Source of the DNA: an uncultured Candidatus Moduliflexus sp. | GTDB taxonomy: Bacteria > Moduliflexota > Moduliflexia > Moduliflexales > Moduliflexaceae | Direction: 5' to 3' | Length of the DNA: 64,000 nt | NCBI GenBank assembly: GCA_964602655.1 | Contig: CAZRSF010000007.1 | Span: 49,708-113,707 of the forward strand | Shown: one piece after another, positions 37,454 to 46,124 of the stretch | Numbering within the stretch: the first letter of the stretch is position 1 | Layout: each line of letters opens with the position of its first letter | Notes under the pieces: model-generated | The model's input: only the letters and a program-made list of their open reading frames with translations | What the model was told of the DNA's origin: nothing | The model's database searches: none | Made by a program: the position numbers and the translations under genes

Positions 37454-38536
37454 ATGCTGTATCATTGGCTTCAATCGTTTCAAAATGACATCCCGGCGCT
37501 CCGGGTCTTCAAATACATTACGTTTCGCACGTTTACCGCCACGTTTACCGCGCTGATTATCAGCATGGTGTTAGGCCCCTGGCTCATTCAGCGGCTGCGC
37601 GACTATAAAGTCGGACAAAACGTCCGGCAGGATGGGCCGCAGACGCATTTGAAAAAATCGGGCACGCCGACGATGGGCGGCTTGCTGATTCTGATTGCGG
37701 TGTTCCTTTCCACGTTGTTGTGGGCGGATTTGACGAACGAACATATCTGGATCGTCCTTCTTTCGACCGCTGGATTCGGCCTGATCGGTTTTTGGGACGA
37801 TTATTTGAAACTCGTCAAAAAACGTTCGATGGGCTTGAACGCGACCTATAAAATGATCGGGCAGATTGCCGTCTCATCAGGGGTTGCGCTGTACATCTAT
37901 TTCAACGTGGACGGCACATTCATGACGACGATCACGATGCCGTTTTTTAAGGCGATCAACCCGGATTTAGGCATACTGTATATCCCATTCGTGATTCTGG
38001 TCATCGTGTTTATCTCGAACGCCGTCAACCTGACCGACGGACTTGACGGCTTAGCGATCGGGCCGACGATTGTCGCCGCGTTTTCGTTTGCCGGTTTGTC
38101 GTATGTCACCGGCCATTTCATGCTGGCAAATTATCTGAATATCGCGCATGTGCCGGGCACAGGCGAGTTGACGATTTTTTGCGGCGCAATGTTGGGCGCG
38201 GGCTTAGGATTTCTCTGGTTCAATACCTTTCCGGCGCAGGTCTTTATGGGAGACATCGGCTCGCTTTCATTAGGCGGAGCGCTCGGCACGGTCGCGATCT
38301 TGACCAAACACGAAATTCTGCTGTTTATCATTTGCGGCCTGTTCGTAATGGAAGCGCTTTCCGTGATGATTCAGGTCGGCTCCTTCAAATTGCGCGGCAA
38401 GCGCGTCTTCCGCATGGCGCCGATTCATCATCATTTCGAACTCAAAGGCTGGGAAGAACCGAAAGTCATCGTGCGGTTTTGGATCGTCTCGATTTTATTG
38501 GCGTTACTTAGTCTGGCAACCTTGAAAATTCGGTGA
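37454..38536 (+). CDS. mraY: phospho-N-acetylmuramoyl-pentapeptide transferase
   Basis: 360-aa polytopic protein with NAVNLTDGLDGLA, MGDIGSLSLGG and PIHHHFEL motifs. Confidence 0.95.
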   Translation: MLYHWLQSFQNDIPALRVFKYITFRTFTATFTALIISMVLGPWLIQRLRDYKVGQNVRQDGPQTHLKKSGTPTMGGLLILIAVFLSTLLWADLTNEHIWIVLLSTAGFGLIGFWDDYLKLVKKRSMGLNATYKMIGQIAVSSGVALYIYFNVDGTFMTTITMPFFKAINPDLGILYIPFVILVIVFISNAVNLTDGLDGLAIGPTIVAAFSFAGLSYVTGHFMLANYLNIAHVPGTGELTIFCGAMLGAGLGFLWFNTFPAQVFMGDIGSLSLGGALGTVAILTKHEILLFIICGLFVMEALSVMIQVGSFKLRGKRVFRMAPIHHHFELKGWEEPKVIVRFWIVSILLALLSLATLKIR

Positions 38537-38543
38537 ATACATT

Positions 38544-38641
38544 CCAGATGTTGAAACATCTGTCTATATCCCGTTGCCGCTTCGCGGCAGACATCCGCCC
38601 TGAAAGGGCGCTGGAATACAGACGGAGGTTTCAACCTCTGG
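38544..38641. repeat. 98-bp nested-palindrome element, second copy
   Basis: Same core (CCGTTGCCGCTTCGCGGCA..CCGCCCTGAAAGGGCG) and the same flanking GTTGAAAC / GGTTTCAACC hairpins as 13770..13865. Confidence 0.75.
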
Positions 38642-38660
38642 GATAATCGGAGGAGCGTTT

Positions 38661-39806
38661 ATGCAACATGCGTCTTGTGATAAAGTGCTGCTGTCAATCG
38701 TGCTGATTCTTGTCGCGTTCGGCATCGTCATGGTGTATAGCACCAGCGGCATTCATGCCGAAGCCCTGGGCAGTGAACATCATTTTCTGCTGCGCCATCT
38801 GCTCTCCATTCTGTTCGGCCTGGCGGCGATGGCGATTGTCGCGCTCATTCCGTATGAACTCTATCGGCGGCCTGGCGTGATGTATTCCTTTTTAGCCTTA
38901 GCGCTGGCGTTACTGATTTTCACGCTGATTCCCGGGGTCGGCGCAAAAATCAATAACGCCCGGCGCTGGCTGCCGCTCGGCACATTCCGCACGTTTCAAC
39001 CGTCGGAAGTGGCGAAATTGATTCTCGTATTGTACTTTTCCGCCTATCTTGTCAAGAAGCAGGAGAAAGTCACGAGCTTTAGCTATACCGTGCTTCCCTG
39101 TCTTATTATTCTGAGCGTGTTTTTTTCGTTGATCGTGAGTCAACCCGATCTCGGCACAGCCATGAATATTATCATGATCGTCGTTCCGATCATGTTTATC
39201 GCCGGAGTGCGTCTGTCCCATCTGTTGGGCATCGGCGCGGTCGTCATGCCGATGATTGCCATGATGGCGTGGAGCAGCCCGTATCAGCGACTTCGCATCT
39301 TGATGTTTCTCGATCCCTGGCAAGACCCGCGTCATTCGGGCTATCAATTGATTCAATCGCTGATCGCTATCGGCAAAGGCGGATTGGCGGGTGTCGGACT
39401 TGGGCATGGGCAGCAAAAATTGTTCTATCTGCCGGAACCGTACTCCGATTTTATTTTTTCGACGGTGGGCGAGGAATTAGGACTCATCGGCGGGGTCGTC
39501 ATGATCGGGTTATTCGGGCTATTGATTTGGCGCGGCATGGTGATTGCGTTCAATGCGCCCGACCTGTTCGGCACGTTCACGGCGTTCGGGCTGACGCTCC
39601 TCATCAGCGTGCAGGCGGTGATCAATCTCGGCGTAGTCACAGGCGTGTTTCCGACCAAAGGCTTGCCGCTGCCGTTTATCAGTCACGGCGGCACGTCGCT
39701 GATTGTCTGTCTGACCTCGGCGGGGATTCTGCTGAATATCTCGAAATACTGCGCGGAACTTTCGTGGAGTCAAGCACCGTCTGCGGGAAATCAACCGATC
39801 CGATAA
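38661..39806 (+). CDS. ftsW: SEDS-family peptidoglycan glycosyltransferase (FtsW/RodA)
   Basis: 381-aa polytopic protein with QPSEVAKL, PDLGTA, SDFIFS and LPFISHGGTS motifs. The dcw context favours FtsW. Confidence 0.85.
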   Translation: MQHASCDKVLLSIVLILVAFGIVMVYSTSGIHAEALGSEHHFLLRHLLSILFGLAAMAIVALIPYELYRRPGVMYSFLALALALLIFTLIPGVGAKINNARRWLPLGTFRTFQPSEVAKLILVLYFSAYLVKKQEKVTSFSYTVLPCLIILSVFFSLIVSQPDLGTAMNIIMIVVPIMFIAGVRLSHLLGIGAVVMPMIAMMAWSSPYQRLRILMFLDPWQDPRHSGYQLIQSLIAIGKGGLAGVGLGHGQQKLFYLPEPYSDFIFSTVGEELGLIGGVVMIGLFGLLIWRGMVIAFNAPDLFGTFTAFGLTLLISVQAVINLGVVTGVFPTKGLPLPFISHGGTSLIVCLTSAGILLNISKYCAELSWSQAPSAGNQPIR

Positions 39807-39860
39807 GGCCCCGTACAAAGCAGCGAGCGAAACGGCAGATCACCCCTTACCATGCTCTCT

Positions 39861-39962
39861 ATAGGTCTCCTACATGAATTGTGTCAGCTTGAATGGTTCG
39901 ACTCCGCTCACCATGACCGTTAGTTGACATTCAAGCTGACACAATTTATGCAGGAGACCTAT
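39861..39962. repeat. 102-bp element with 35-bp terminal inverted repeats (2 mismatches)
   Basis: ataggtctcctacatgaattgtgtcagcttgaatg ... cattcaagctgacacaatttatgcaggagacctat, in the convergent gap between ftsW and the Pmp-repeat gene. Confidence 0.75.
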
Positions 39963-40012
39963 ATATGCCCTTTCCGTAACGCCTCACGCTTCTGCCGCAA
40001 CATCGTGCCGTG

Positions 40013-42109
40013 TTATGGCAAGAGGCATCCGTCATCGTCGTCGTAGTAGTTGCGACAAGTCGCCGCCGTGTTGCTGTTCACAGTTGTACTCGTTGCGCCG
40101 TTCACTGTGATGGTTTCGACCTCATCTTGATTATAGATTCCCCCTCCGGCGTTGGTGGCCTGATTGTTTAGCACACGCGCACTTGAGTCCAACGTGACCG
40201 TCGCTGTAGTGTCAAAGGCGTAGTTGTATATTCCGCCGCCCTGGTCTGTGGCGACATTTTCACGAACCGCCCCGCTGATTGTCATCGTTCCAGAGTAGTT
40301 GTACATTCCGCCACCGTCCTGAGCCTTATTGCCGCTGACCGCGCCGCTGACCGTCACTATCCCTTTAAACAAGGAAATCCCTCCGCCGTGTTCTGCGGCC
40401 GTATTGCCGCTGACAGTGCCGTTGACCGTCATTGTCCCTCCAGATGTGTATATTCCGCCGCCGTGCATTGTGGCCGTATTGCCGATGACTGTGCCAGTGA
40501 CCGTCATTGTCCCGCCAGATGTGTGTATTCCGCCGCCGAAATATGAGGCCGTATTATCGCTGATCGTGCCGCTGACCGTCATCGTTCCAGAGTGATTATA
40601 CATCCCGCCGCCTCTCGCGGCCGTATTGCCACTGATCGTGCCGCTGACCGTCGCCATCCCCGACTGGTTATACATTCCAGCGCCGGCATATGAGGCCGTA
40701 TTATTGCGAATCGTACCGCTGACCGTCATCGTCCCAGAATCGTTATACATCCCGCCGCCGGAAGAAGCTCTATTGTTACTGACCGTTGTGGTCGCATCAA
40801 TCGTCAGCGTGCCGTAATTTCGAATTCCACCGCCACTGCCGGGATCAGAGACATTACCATCCCGAATCCAAAGTCCGCGGAAGGTGACGCTCGCGCCGCT
40901 ATTGACCCACAGCACCCGACTGGCGTTATTGCCGCTGATAGTCACGCCACTGCCGCCATCAATGGTCAGGTTCGCGCAGGTTCCGGGAATTTCCAACTGG
41001 GTTCCGGCTAAGGTAATCGTGTTCACGCCGCTCGCAAACCGAATAAGCCCGCAGCACGGATTATTCGCCAACACCTGTCGCAATGAGCCTGCGCCGCTAT
41101 CGGCTTCGGTTGTCACCATGCATGAATCAAACGATGTGATCTGCCCATTCCACGCGCTGACTGCCGCACTGCCTGGGCTTGTCCCGCTCTGCGCTACCGG
41201 AATCACCTCAAAACGCAGAAATTTCCCGGCATCGGCTGCCTGTGTCGTGTAAGTCTGCGCCGTCGCGCCGGCAATCGCGGACGCATTGACGCCGTTGGCG
41301 TCATCCGCGCGATACCATTGAAATACCGACGCGCCTTCAGGATCGTTGTTGGCGTCGGTGTAGGTATAATTTCCGGTTAGAAGGTCGCCCTCCTCCCAGG
41401 TTCCGCTGATATGCGCCCCTGATGCCACCGGCGCGGCGTTGCCGGACGCCACAACTGGCGAAGAAGACGTTATGGGCGCAGGCGGCGGATTCGTGCCGAA
41501 GCAGAGACGTTTGCTTAGATTGACCGGCTGTCCGCCGGGCATCACGCCACTCAGGGCAATCTGCCCGCAGGTCGAGCCCTGAGCGTTTTTCCCGCCAAGC
41601 GCCTGAAACCAGACGCTATAATGCGTGGCGCCGAAATAATACACCAAATCCGCATCGTCCAGTGGAATGCTCACGCTGCCATTAACCACAGCAAATCGGC
41701 CACGCTCAGTAAACGTCTGATCCGTGTCATCACGCACAGTTTTCACGCCGATGAGAATCTGGGTTGCGTCGCCGGGCAGATCGTGAAAATGCACGATCAC
41801 TTTCCCCAACGCGACCGGGACTTGATGTGTTCCCGGCGGCTGGCCGATGGCATTTTGCTGGTTAACCTCGATATACATCCAGTGTTCGTATGGAATTGAG
41901 CCGTACTCACTGACCATCCAATTGATCTGTTGTCCGTCAACGACGGTCGAACCGTCTTCCATCTGAGCGTAATTGATGGCGATTACGCCTTCTGTGCCAG
42001 GCATCGTCGGCGTTCGATGATCACGCTCCCATGAGTGACACCCAAAAAGTCCGACAATGCCTATCAGGACAGCAACTCCAATCATCATGCTTCTTGTCTG
42101 CTGTTTCAT
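40013..42109 (-). CDS. lipoprotein with polymorphic-membrane-protein (Pmp, GGxIxN) beta-helix repeats
   Basis: Trimmed to MKQQTRSMMIGVAVLIGIVGLFGC (probable lipobox). At least 9 tandem ~24-25-aa units of the type GGGMYNxSGTMTVSGTIxxNTA. No C-terminal autotransporter barrel. Confidence 0.7.
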   Translation of the reverse strand: MKQQTRSMMIGVAVLIGIVGLFGCHSWERDHRTPTMPGTEGVIAINYAQMEDGSTVVDGQQINWMVSEYGSIPYEHWMYIEVNQQNAIGQPPGTHQVPVALGKVIVHFHDLPGDATQILIGVKTVRDDTDQTFTERGRFAVVNGSVSIPLDDADLVYYFGATHYSVWFQALGGKNAQGSTCGQIALSGVMPGGQPVNLSKRLCFGTNPPPAPITSSSPVVASGNAAPVASGAHISGTWEEGDLLTGNYTYTDANNDPEGASVFQWYRADDANGVNASAIAGATAQTYTTQAADAGKFLRFEVIPVAQSGTSPGSAAVSAWNGQITSFDSCMVTTEADSGAGSLRQVLANNPCCGLIRFASGVNTITLAGTQLEIPGTCANLTIDGGSGVTISGNNASRVLWVNSGASVTFRGLWIRDGNVSDPGSGGGIRNYGTLTIDATTTVSNNRASSGGGMYNDSGTMTVSGTIRNNTASYAGAGMYNQSGMATVSGTISGNTAARGGGMYNHSGTMTVSGTISDNTASYFGGGIHTSGGTMTVTGTVIGNTATMHGGGIYTSGGTMTVNGTVSGNTAAEHGGGISLFKGIVTVSGAVSGNKAQDGGGMYNYSGTMTISGAVRENVATDQGGGIYNYAFDTTATVTLDSSARVLNNQATNAGGGIYNQDEVETITVNGATSTTVNSNTAATCRNYYDDDDGCLLP

Positions 42110-42333
42110 TATGTTTCGTTCGCATACGCTCGTCAATATAGCAATGTGTTCCCATTGCATTACCACGAACGCGGTCTTACCTATGGCAGGGTACTGTTAC
42201 ATAAAAAATGTCAAGCATCCTTGAGTACCCTGTCAACAAGGATACTAACAAAAATATTATCCGTACCACTTGTGTTTGATCAAAACACTTCTTTCCATGA
42301 GGTAAAAAACGGCGTTCGCCTAACAAAAAAAGA

Positions 42334-43098
42334 TTATCCAAACCACTTGCGTTTGATCGGAATGGGGGCTTCGAGGTAGTCAATCGGCTGGCCGGAGATC
42401 ACTTGCTGCGGAATCGTCGTGACCATCGCCTGCGCCTGCTCTTTGCCAACGATTTTTGCGGCTTCTTTGACGCCTTTCGAAAGAATCGGAGGCCGGGAAT
42501 CGGTAGAATGCGCGTCGGAAGCGAGAATATGCGCTAAGTTATGTTCGACCAGTATTTTCGCGCATTTTTGGGCATGGCGTCCGAATCCTCCCGTCAGGCT
42601 CATCGCCGTAATCTGGCTCAAGACGCCGAGCGAAACGAGATCGTACACGCGATTCGGATGTTGCTGCACCTCGCCGATCCGCTCAGGATGGGTCAACACC
42701 GGCACGATATTTTTCAGCAGCAGATTGAAGACCATGTTTTCGATGTTGGCCGGAAGCGTGTGGGACGGGAATTCCAACAGAAAATAGCGCTTCGTCTGAT
42801 TGATCGTCATAATCTCGCCGCTGGCGATTTTCTCCGACGTATTCACATCAATATACACGTCTGCGCCCGGCAGAATGGTCAGAGGAATCTTCGCCTGTTT
42901 CAACGCGGTATTCAGCAGTTCGACCTTGGCTAAAATCGTCGCGGACGGCGTGTTATAAACGCCGTCGTGCTGGTGCGGGCTGCCGACAATCGTCTTCACG
43001 CCATCGGCGACTGCCATGCGGCACATTTCGAGGCTTTCTTCAAGGGTTTTCGCGCCGTCGTCCACGCCCGGCAAGATATGGCAATGAATATCAATCAT
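42334..43098 (-). CDS. PHP-family protein-tyrosine phosphatase (CpsB/YwqE type)
   Basis: MIDIHCHILPGVDDGA N-terminus, plus SPH, THPER and SDAHS metal-ligand motifs. Confidence 0.85.
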   Translation of the reverse strand: MIDIHCHILPGVDDGAKTLEESLEMCRMAVADGVKTIVGSPHQHDGVYNTPSATILAKVELLNTALKQAKIPLTILPGADVYIDVNTSEKIASGEIMTINQTKRYFLLEFPSHTLPANIENMVFNLLLKNIVPVLTHPERIGEVQQHPNRVYDLVSLGVLSQITAMSLTGGFGRHAQKCAKILVEHNLAHILASDAHSTDSRPPILSKGVKEAAKIVGKEQAQAMVTTIPQQVISGQPIDYLEAPIPIKRKWFG

Positions 43099-43111
43099 AG
43101 TTATTTTGATA

Positions 43112-43144
43112 AGCCCTGCCAGGGTTTAAAACCCTAACAGGGCT
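43112..43144. repeat. degenerate member of the CCCTGCCAGGG hairpin family
   Basis: agccctgccagggtttaaaaccctaacagggct, between the AMMECR1 gene and the cpsB-like gene. Confidence 0.55.
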
Positions 43145-43158
43145 AAATGTTACCACTG

Positions 43159-43731
43159 TCAAGAAGACATCTCGTTTTCATGAAACACCTGCGCGCTGAA
43201 GACGTAAATCGCGGTCTGCGGGTCGCGCCACGCATCTATCGGCAAGCCGGCTTTCTGGCAGGTATGCGCGAGAAACGTCTCGCGATCCCAGCCGTATTCG
43301 GTGGCGACCTGCGGCAGCAATAGCCCACTGCGATGTCCGCGCCGCAGCAAAATGCCGTGAGCGCCGACGGTGACTTCTTCGGGGTTTTCGACTTTGCGCA
43401 GCGGCGTCATCACCGAAATTTCCAGATCGAAGTCACCCAACTCGGCGACGGTCATCGGTTGGAAGCGAGGGTCTTCGGTCGAGGCGGCGACGGCCATATC
43501 AACGATGGTTTCGTAGAGCGGTTTGATCCCTTCGACGTATCCGATGCAGCCGCGCAGTTGTCCATGACGCTTAATCGTCACGAATGCGCCGCATTTTTCC
43601 AGCAATTCCGGCTCGTTCACCTCGAATGTCGGAATCTTTTTTGTGCGAATATAGGAGTCTATTGTCTCTCGCGCCATCCGCAGCAATTTCTGCCGCAATT
43701 CCGGGCGTAATGCTGTTGGTTCGTATCCCAT
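43159..43731 (-). CDS. AMMECR1 domain protein (AmmeMemoRadiSam system protein A-like)
   Basis: GAFVTIKRHGQLRGCIGY and LEISVMTPL motifs. Start trimmed to MGYEPT after a GGAGGGGG RBS. Confidence 0.8.
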   Translation of the reverse strand: MGYEPTALRPELRQKLLRMARETIDSYIRTKKIPTFEVNEPELLEKCGAFVTIKRHGQLRGCIGYVEGIKPLYETIVDMAVAASTEDPRFQPMTVAELGDFDLEISVMTPLRKVENPEEVTVGAHGILLRRGHRSGLLLPQVATEYGWDRETFLAHTCQKAGLPIDAWRDPQTAIYVFSAQVFHENEMSS

Positions 43732-43926
43732 AATTTCCCCCTCCTTCGCGGGTAATCTATCTTCGCGAAGTTTTTGCGCGCCTGTCAAGCAAAAAGAACG
43801 GAAGTCAGGATTTCTCCGAGAAAATATTTGACTTTTCATCTCATGTATCAGATTCGCCGCAAGAAAGGATAATACCGTTTTGCTGTATTCTGTCAATAGA
43901 GTTCACTATCAAAGAAGGAGAAAATT

Positions 43927-45159
43927 ATGGCAGCATTAAAAGGGAAATTAGTGGTGGCGCAATCCGGCGGGCCGACCTCGGTCTTCAATAACAGCGCATG
44001 CGGCGTGATTCAAGAAGCGCTGAAGCATGACGAGGCGTTTGATGGTGTGTATGGCGCGGTCAACGGCGTGATGGGGATTCTGCACGAAAATTTGATTGAT
44101 CTGCGCAAAGAACAACCGGCCACTCTCGCAGGCTTGCGCAAAACTCCGGCGAGCGCCTTGGGCACCTGCCGCCGTAAGTTGAACGATCAGGATATGGATC
44201 GCATTCTGGCCGTGTTCGAAGCGCATGACATCCGCTACTTTTTTTATAACGGCGGCAACGATTCGATGGACACCGCCAATAAAATCAGCGAGTTGGCGAC
44301 CGCCGCGAACTATGAAATGCGCGTGTTCGGCATTCCGAAAACGGTGGATAACGATCTCGTCGAAACCGACCATTGCCCCGGTTTCGGCAGCGCCGCGCGA
44401 CTCATGGCGCTTTCGACGCGCGATGTCGGGCGTGATACCGAATGCGGCGCGCTGACAACCACGCCGGTCTGTGTGATGGAAGCGATGGGACGCGACGCCG
44501 GATGGTTGACCGCCTCCGCTGCGATTGGCCGCCAGGATGAACGCGACGCGCCGCATTTGATTTATCTGCCGGAAGTGCCGTTTACTATCGAAAAATTTTT
44601 GAATGATGTGCAGCGCGTGTATGATCGCCTGAAATTCGTGGTGATCGCCGTGTCTGAAGGCATTCGCACACCGGATGGAAATCTGCTGCTGAAATCGTCG
44701 TCGCTGGATGCGTTCGGGCATACCCAATTAGGCGGCGTCGGCGATTTTCTCGCGAAAACCGTGATGGAAAAATTGAAAATCAAAGCGAGAACCAATATTG
44801 CCGGAACGATTCAACGTTCCCTGATTTCCGCCGCCTCGCCGATTGATCTGGAAGAGGCGTATCTCGTCGGCAAAATGGGCGTCAAATACGCGCTGGAAGG
44901 GCATAGCGGCTATATGGTGTCGCTCGTGCGCGAATCGGACGCGCCCTATCGCTGCGTCACCGGCCTTGCGCCGCTCAACAAAGTCGCGAACGCGGCCAAA
45001 TCGATCCCGGCAGACATGATCGCGCCGAACGGCACGGATATGAACGACAACTTTCTGCGCTACGTCACGCCATTAGTCGGCGATTTGCCGTCAACCTCAG
45101 ACTACGTGCGCTTAGAAAAACACGCCATCGCGAAACTGTTGGACGCCTATCAGCGGTAA
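43927..45159 (+). CDS. pfk: 6-phosphofructokinase, PfkA family, with PPi-type donor-site residues
   Basis: SGGPTSVFN, GGNDS, IPKTVDNDL and MGRDAGW motifs. Confidence 0.8.
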   Translation: MAALKGKLVVAQSGGPTSVFNNSACGVIQEALKHDEAFDGVYGAVNGVMGILHENLIDLRKEQPATLAGLRKTPASALGTCRRKLNDQDMDRILAVFEAHDIRYFFYNGGNDSMDTANKISELATAANYEMRVFGIPKTVDNDLVETDHCPGFGSAARLMALSTRDVGRDTECGALTTTPVCVMEAMGRDAGWLTASAAIGRQDERDAPHLIYLPEVPFTIEKFLNDVQRVYDRLKFVVIAVSEGIRTPDGNLLLKSSSLDAFGHTQLGGVGDFLAKTVMEKLKIKARTNIAGTIQRSLISAASPIDLEEAYLVGKMGVKYALEGHSGYMVSLVRESDAPYRCVTGLAPLNKVANAAKSIPADMIAPNGTDMNDNFLRYVTPLVGDLPSTSDYVRLEKHAIAKLLDAYQR

Positions 45160-45166
45160 ACATCAC

Positions 45167-45197
45167 CCCTGCCAGGGTTTCGAACCCTGGCAGGGGT
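45167..45197. terminator. bidirectional intrinsic terminator, CCCTGCCAGGG family
   Basis: cccctgccagggtttcgaaccctggcagggg followed by TTTTT. It lies between the convergent pfk and yceH genes. Confidence 0.75.
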
Positions 45198-45203
45198 TTT
45201 TCA

Positions 45204-45860
45204 TTAGAACTGCTGTTCGAAGCGATGAAATGCCTGTTTCAACGCCTCTAATTCCGCCGACAAGGCGGCAACCGTTGCTTCAAGCGCAGTCAGGCGATCC
45301 GCTTCGACCTCAACGGCGTCTTCGCGCACATCTTCAATCGGCAGCAGGTCTGGCGCAGTCTCTTCGACCGCCTCAACGGAATCTCCTAACTCATGCCGAT
45401 AGCGCGCCTCTTTCTGTCCCGGTTTTCGCGGAAGTTCCCGCGCGTAGCCCATCTCAATCAACGATTCAAGCGCATCCGTCACATCGTCCAACGTGTGGAA
45501 CGCCGCCATGCGGTCGGCTCTGGCGCGTAATTCGCCGGGCGTTTGCGCGCCGCGCAGCATCAGCACGCCTAATATCGCCGCTTCCTCTTCGGAAATGCTG
45601 GCCTGTTCGCAAAAACGTTCTTCATATTTGGCGACCCGCACCGACGCGCTTTGCCGCACCAGGTCTTTGGCTTTCAAGCCCTTCAACGCCCGCAATACCG
45701 TCGTATCGCCATACGTCGTCACCGGGTCGCGATTTACTTTCTGATTGCAGGCATTGATCAGCGCATTCAATGATAAGGGGTAATAATCCGGCGTGGTCAT
45801 TTTCTTTTCCAGCAAGCTGCCGAGCACACGCAGTTCTTCAGCCGTCAACATGTATTTCAT
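45204..45860 (-). CDS. yceH: YceH family protein (DUF480)
   Basis: LTAEELRVLGSLLEKKMTTPDYYPLSLNAL is the hallmark N-terminus. Start trimmed to MKYML after a GGAGGG RBS. Confidence 0.8.
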   Translation of the reverse strand: MKYMLTAEELRVLGSLLEKKMTTPDYYPLSLNALINACNQKVNRDPVTTYGDTTVLRALKGLKAKDLVRQSASVRVAKYEERFCEQASISEEEAAILGVLMLRGAQTPGELRARADRMAAFHTLDDVTDALESLIEMGYARELPRKPGQKEARYRHELGDSVEAVEETAPDLLPIEDVREDAVEVEADRLTALEATVAALSAELEALKQAFHRFEQQF

Positions 45861-46124
45861 ACGATTCAGCCCTCCAATCCTCATAAGTGGTCTATGAAAT
45901 CCGGACTCGACAGGTGTTCGACACCTGTGGGGTCTCATGACGCCAATACCAGCGAATCATGCGCTCCTATCAGAACATAGAGACGAAGTAAAGAAAAAAA
46001 TCATCCGAAATCGTTGAGATTGCTTCATATTCGTTCAGCATAAATCCTGCCTTCTTGCAGACTATTTCATTGACAAAACACATCTCTGCTTCGATTGTTA
46101 AAAACAAACAGGGGAGGGAGCGCC

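Noticed and set aside
39891-39915. GGTTCGACTCCGCTCACCA, looking like a tRNA T-arm plus acceptor end.
   Set aside because: No D arm, anticodon arm or 5' acceptor strand can be found upstream, and the T stem does not pair. It is not a tRNA gene. It is kept only as a note within the repeat finding.
40100-40843. Strong ~72-75-bp periodicity that could be mistaken for a CRISPR or tandem non-coding repeat.
   Set aside because: The periodicity is in frame with a long ORF encoding Pmp-type GGxIxN repeats, and there are no unique spacers. I saw no CRISPR array anywhere in the window.
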